Below are positions 44,868-48,941 of a stretch of DNA of 48,941 bases, in pieces (within the stretch, counting starts at the first letter, position 1; each line of letters starts with the position of its first letter). A program made the translations under genes and the position numbers. The notes beneath the pieces are model-generated. The model worked only from the letters and a program-made list of their open reading frames with translations, searched no databases and had not been told where the DNA came from. Source of the DNA: Bacteroidales bacterium (lineage in GTDB: Bacteria; Bacteroidota; Bacteroidia; Bacteroidales; WCHB1-69); contig JAKSME010000003.1 of the NCBI GenBank assembly GCA_024400785.1, forward strand, positions 1-48,941. The letters are read 5' to 3'.

Positions 44868-47012
44868 ATGCGTCCTGATTTCAGTAAAGTAAGTCACAAA
44901 ACAGCCCCGAAAACGAAGCAGAGTTTTCAAGAATGGGCAAAAGAAAACCACATTGATTTAGACCGCATGACCGCTGAGCAGATTCCCTGCAAACCGGTTT
45001 ACGGGAAAGACGACCTCGAAGGCATGGAACACCTCAACTATGCCGCCGGTCTGCCGCCGTTTCTCCGCGGACCCTACTCCACGATGTATGTCAACAAGCC
45101 GTGGACCATCCGCCAATACGCCGGTTTCTCCACCGCCGAAGAGTCTAACGCCTTCTACCGCCGCAACTTGGCCGCCGGTCAGAAGGGCCTCTCCATCGCT
45201 TTCGACTTGGCCACCCACCGCGGCTACGACTCCGACCACGAACGCGTTGTCGGTGACGTGGGCAAAGCCGGTGTCGCCGTCGATTCCATCCTCGATATGA
45301 AAATCTTGTTCGACCAGATCCCGTTGGACAAAATGTCAGTTTCCATGACGATGAACGGCGCCGTCATGCCGATTCTCGCCTTCTACATCCTCGCCGCCGA
45401 AGAACAGGGCGTGCCGATGGAACAGCTGACCGGTACCATCCAAAACGATATTTTGAAGGAATTCATGGTGCGCAACACCTCCATCTATCCGCCGCTTCCG
45501 TCAATGAAGATTATTGCGGATATTTTTGAGTTCACTTCCAAAAACATGCCGAAATTCAACTCCATCTCCATCTCCGGCTACCACATGCAGGAAGCCGGCG
45601 CCACCGCCGACATCGAGTTGGCCTACACGTTGGCCGATGGTTTGGAATACCTCCGCGCCGGTATCAACGCCGGTATGAGCGTTGACGATTTCGCACCGCG
45701 CCTCTCCTTCTTCTGGGGCATCGGTATGAACCACTTTATGGAAATCGCCAAGATGCGCGCCGCCCGTATGTTGTGGGCCAAAATCGTGAAACAGTTCAAC
45801 CCGAAGAACCCGAAATCCCTCGCTCTTCGTACCCACTGCCAGACTTCCGGCTGGTCGCTCACCGAACAGGATCCGTTCAACAACGTCACCCGTACCTGCG
45901 TGGAAGCCATGGGCGCCGCTCTCGGTCACACCCAGTCGCTGCACACCAACGCTTTGGACGAAGCCATCGCCCTGCCGACCGACTTCTCCGCACGTATCGC
46001 TCGTAACACGCAGATTTACATTCAGGAAGAAACCAAGGTTTGCAAGAGCGTTGACCCGTGGGCCGGTTCTTATTATGTTGAAACCCTCACCAACGAGTTG
46101 GCACACCGCGCTTGGAAACATATTCAGGAAATCGAATCCTTGGGCGGCATGGCCAAGGCCATCGAAACCGGCATTCCGAAAATGCGTATCGAAGAAGCCG
46201 CTGCCCGCAAGCAGGCCCGTATCGACTCCGGTATGGAAAGCATCATCGGCGTAAACAAATATCGTCTGGAAAAAGAAGACCCGATTGAAACTCTGGAAGT
46301 TGACAACACGGTGGTACGCGAAGCGCAGATCAAGCGTTTGCAGGAGCTCCGCGCCAACCGCAACAACGAAGAGGTTCAGGCCGCTTTGGACGCCATCACC
46401 AAATGTGCGGAAACCGGCGAAGGCAACTTGCTGGCACTCTCACTCGACGCTGCCCGCAAACGCGCTTCCCTCGGTGAAATCTCCATGGCCATGGAAAAAG
46501 TCTTCGGTCGTTACAAAGCAAAAATTAATTTGATTCAAGGCGTGTACAGTTCAGAACAAAAAGACAACAATTCATACAAGAAGGCCTGCGAAATGGCAGA
46601 CGCATTTGCAAAGAAAGAAGGCCGTCGCCCGCGTATCATGGTGGCCAAGATGGGCCAGGACGGTCACGACCGTGGCGCCAAAGTGGTGGCTACCGGCTAT
46701 GCCGACATCGGCTTCGACGTGGATATGGGCCCGTTGTTCCAGACTCCGGCCGAAGCAGCCAAGCAGGCCGTCGAAAACGACGTTCACGTTTTGGGTGTTT
46801 CTTCCCTCGCCGCCGGTCACAAGACCCTGGTTCCGCAGGTTATCGAAGAACTCAAGAAACTGGGCCGCGAAGACATCATCGTCATCGTGGGTGGCGTCAT
46901 CCCGCCGCAAGACTACGACTTCCTGTACAAAGCCGGTGCCGCCGCCATCTTCGGACCTGGCAGCATCATCAGCGACTGCGCCATCAAGATTCTGGAGATT
47001 CTGGAGGCGTAA
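44868..47012 (+). CDS. mutB: methylmalonyl-CoA mutase large (alpha) subunit, B12-dependent
   Basis: Internal ATG (MRPDFSK) after the promoter box. Motifs [10 protein letters not shown] and RIARNTQ, plus the B12-binding DxHxxG as [12 protein letters not shown]. Length 714 aa. Confidence 0.9.
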   Translation: MRPDFSKVSHKTAPKTKQSFQEWAKENHIDLDRMTAEQIPCKPVYGKDDLEGMEHLNYAAGLPPFLRGPYSTMYVNKPWTIRQYAGFSTAEESNAFYRRNLAAGQKGLSIAFDLATHRGYDSDHERVVGDVGKAGVAVDSILDMKILFDQIPLDKMSVSMTMNGAVMPILAFYILAAEEQGVPMEQLTGTIQNDILKEFMVRNTSIYPPLPSMKIIADIFEFTSKNMPKFNSISISGYHMQEAGATADIELAYTLADGLEYLRAGINAGMSVDDFAPRLSFFWGIGMNHFMEIAKMRAARMLWAKIVKQFNPKNPKSLALRTHCQTSGWSLTEQDPFNNVTRTCVEAMGAALGHTQSLHTNALDEAIALPTDFSARIARNTQIYIQEETKVCKSVDPWAGSYYVETLTNELAHRAWKHIQEIESLGGMAKAIETGIPKMRIEEAAARKQARIDSGMESIIGVNKYRLEKEDPIETLEVDNTVVREAQIKRLQELRANRNNEEVQAALDAITKCAETGEGNLLALSLDAARKRASLGEISMAMEKVFGRYKAKINLIQGVYSSEQKDNNSYKKACEMADAFAKKEGRRPRIMVAKMGQDGHDRGAKVVATGYADIGFDVDMGPLFQTPAEAAKQAVENDVHVLGVSSLAAGHKTLVPQVIEELKKLGREDIIVIVGGVIPPQDYDFLYKAGAAAIFGPGSIISDCAIKILEILEA

Positions 47013-47017
47013 GAAGG

Positions 47018-47058
47018 AATGCAGAATGCAGAATTATCAATGCAGAATGCAGAATTAT
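47018..47058. repeat. tandem repeat 2 x aatgcagaatgcagaattat (built from GAATGCA heptamers)
   Basis: Read directly, immediately after the mutB stop. Confidence 0.8.
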
Positions 47059-47069
47059 GATAGAAGAAA

Positions 47070-47098
47070 CGGCTCGGAGGGATTCGGGCCGCTTTTTT
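47070..47098 (+). terminator. intrinsic terminator of mutB
   Basis: cggctcg pairs with cgggccg (one G-U pair), followed by cttttttc. Confidence 0.65.
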
Positions 47099-47115
47099 CT
47101 CCATGCACACCGTGT

Positions 47116-47739
47116 CTACAATTGTTTTACGTAAAATTCATCCTCGTGCCATTTTGCAACATTCTGCTCAATGTATTGTGCGGTTTTGTTTAAGTCGTCC
47201 GTGTTTCGGATAATGTGATCATGGAAACGAGACTGCCACGAAAAAGGGATTTCATTGTCATGAGCAAATTTTGTGACAGAACGTTTTAGTCCACCAATAA
47301 CTATGGATAAAGGGCTTTTCTGTCTGGAAATATTTTGCATCATTTTGTCCACTTGCGGAGATTTCCATCTTGTAGAGACGGTGTGCGGCGGTTCAGTAGA
47401 GACGGTGTACGGCGGTTCAGTAGAGACGGTGTGCACACCGTCTCTACATTTTTCTTTGTCTATAATCACAATGGCGTGTATGTGATTAGGCATTATAGCA
47501 AACAACGGAATTTCAGCATACGGATAATGTTCTGAAACATTGGAAAATTGTTCATACGTATATTTACCAATTATCGATAGGTTAATAATAGGTTCAATTG
47601 CGCCATCTGTAATTTCCCCCAAAAAACATTTCCGTTTCGCAGTGCAAATTGTAATATGGTAGTAACCATTGTCATATCTATGCCAAGGAGCGCGGGCTGA
47701 TGGAATGCGATAGCGATCTAAGAATTTTTTGTCAGACAT
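47116..47739 (-). CDS. REP-associated tyrosine transposase (RAYT, IS200/IS605-like Y1 HUH family)
   Basis: YYHITICT, the HUH motif MPNHIHAIVII, and C-terminal SWQSRFHDHIIRN...AQYIEQNVAKW. It carries an in-frame repeat insert, VHTVSTEPPYTVSTEPPHTVST. Confidence 0.8.
   Translation of the reverse strand: MSDKKFLDRYRIPSARAPWHRYDNGYYHITICTAKRKCFLGEITDGAIEPIINLSIIGKYTYEQFSNVSEHYPYAEIPLFAIMPNHIHAIVIIDKEKCRDGVHTVSTEPPYTVSTEPPHTVSTRWKSPQVDKMMQNISRQKSPLSIVIGGLKRSVTKFAHDNEIPFSWQSRFHDHIIRNTDDLNKTAQYIEQNVAKWHEDEFYVKQL
47372..47447. repeat. REP-like array inside the RAYT gene: 2 x 24-nt unit gtagagacggtgtRcggcggttca plus the 28-nt perfect palindrome gtagagacggtgtgcacaccgtctctac
   Basis: Indexed base by base. 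24 nt is 8 codons, so the reading frame is preserved. Confidence 0.9.
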
Positions 47740-47783
47740 TGCAGTTAATATTAGAGCGCAAAGGTACTATTATTATTTGATTC

Positions 47784-47883
47784 GTAGAGACGGTGCGCGG
47801 CGGTTCAGTAGAGACGGTGCGCGGCGGTTCAGTAGAGACGGTGTGCGGCGGTTCAGTAGAGACGGTGTGCACACCGTCTCTAC
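47784..47883. repeat. REP-like array upstream of the RAYT start: 3 x 24-nt unit plus the same 28-nt palindrome
   Basis: Indexed base by base. It has the same orientation as the intragenic array and lies 45 nt from the RAYT ATG. Confidence 0.9.
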
Positions 47884-47952
47884 CACGCCGTTCCGTATGA
47901 AAACATTGTGACTGTCCGTCGCCGGCATTGAGTTTTTATGATGAAATGATGT

Positions 47953-47984
47953 AAAAAAACGGCGGAAGCATTTCTGCTCCCGCC
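47953..47984 (-). terminator. intrinsic terminator for the minus-strand gene 48103..48618
   Basis: ggcggaagca-tttc-tgctcccgcc (9 of 10 pairs) preceded by aaaaaaa on plus, which is a T-run on minus. Confidence 0.65.
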
Positions 47985-48102
47985 ATGTCGAAGTTTCAAG
48001 AGACCGACTTTTGCGTCAAATCTCGACGTGCAAAAGTATTATCTTTAAATCATTCAAAATTGCGGTCAGCAATGAGAGGTGCGAAAAAGCAATCATCGGT
48101 AA

Positions 48103-48618
48103 TTAGTGCGGGGAACGGGCCAGCTCCCCAATTTTCCGCTTATTCGCCCTGCTCACCGGAACAGTGTGCGCTTTGGCCTCCCCAAAGGTTTTCAATTTCA
48201 AAATTCTTCCATCAAAATTGTTGATATACAACTTATTAACATATATTCCCCGGTAAACTTCTACCATATCATCCAAAGAAATGTGCAGCTTGCCTTCAAT
48301 GTCGCGAGAGGCGGTAAAGTCAACCAGAATGCCTGGTGGGCGATGGGTGAAAAACACGTATTTGTTGTTGCTGACTTGGTCGGACAGATTGGTCGGACTT
48401 TCAATGCTCACAATGTTTTTCAGTTCTGTGGCAACCAAACCTTCGCCCTTGAGCGGCAGCGTGACGGTTTGGGAGGAAGGCAGTGCGAGCTTAAATCCCA
48501 GGTGTTGTACGTCGGCAGTGGTAATGTCGAGCGTAATGGAATTTAACGCGGGAAGTGGATCATCGGTGGCATTAGGGGCCACCGGCACCAATTGATACGA
48601 AACAACTTGCGGTTTCAT
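48103..48618 (-). CDS. hypothetical protein
   Basis: ORF 48103..48645, with ATG at 48618 (MKPQVVSYQL) preferred over the upstream non-ATG start. No family was recognised. Confidence 0.55.
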   Translation of the reverse strand: MKPQVVSYQLVPVAPNATDDPLPALNSITLDITTADVQHLGFKLALPSSQTVTLPLKGEGLVATELKNIVSIESPTNLSDQVSNNKYVFFTHRPPGILVDFTASRDIEGKLHISLDDMVEVYRGIYVNKLYINNFDGRILKLKTFGEAKAHTVPVSRANKRKIGELARSPH

Positions 48619-48941
48619 GACAGGGAATTTTTTAAGGTTGAACAATGGTTTTTGCGATCAAAAATGATGGAGCAAAAATACAGTCGCCCAAACCCCATTT
48701 TCGGGAATTGGGATATTATGTAAAAAAATGGGGATAACTTTTAAACCCGGTTAATTTTGTTGTTTTCCTCACAACGTTCCTAACGTCGGGCGTCGGAATG
48801 ACGTTTCGCTGTTCATATCAGCGTTGGGCTTGCCCCTGCGGAGACACCCATTCCCCTTCCTCTGGAAGAAGTGCTGGAATGTGTTGGCTCGTTGCGTTCT
48901 GCCTTCATCAGAATCTCCAGACTCATTCTTAAAATCTCTTC

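Overview
The window looks like a Bacteroidota, probably Bacteroidales, chromosomal segment. Three things support this: TAnnTTTG -7 promoter boxes precede most genes, several proteins carry T9SS C-terminal sorting tails, and a FISUMP-domain protein is present. Most of the window is ordinary core genome. It includes rsmD, a Sir2-type deacylase, an MBL hydrolase, an NrtR-like Nudix regulator, dnaX, pfkA, an MscS channel, waaA, priA, an LD-carboxypeptidase, a PlsC-like acyltransferase, a large T9SS-exported peptidoglycan amidase, ccsA, a PLP lyase with bcd-etfBA, and a methylmalonyl-CoA mutase large subunit. Three accessory patches stand out. (1) Bases 1-4550 hold a four-helix-bundle (23S IVS/Avd-family) gene embedded between inverted heptamer-repeat arms. 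They also hold two tandem genes with different phage-type N-terminal heads (ORF6N, RhuM) on a near-identical promoter/leader and a near-identical C-terminal module. The second of these genes has lost its stop codon and reads through into a PaaK-like ligase. (2) Bases 39.5-44.8 kb hold a decayed IS5-family element and an AT-rich island. The island carries three apparently translationally coupled ORFs of unknown function, one preceded by a canonical Shine-Dalgarno site that is unusual for this phylum. (3) Bases 47.0-47.9 kb hold a RAYT-type Y1 transposase with two arrays of a 24-nt REP-like unit, each ending in a 28-nt perfect palindrome. One array lies in frame inside the transposase gene. Other observations are a ~155-nt conserved element present twice in opposite orientation (15.4 kb and 42.2 kb), three TTTGTGT-N7-ACACAAA palindromes upstream of the NrtR-like gene, and a dnaX gene split into two frames. 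I found no rRNA, tRNA or CRISPR array. All functional calls rest on motif recognition by eye. No database search or folding computation was run.
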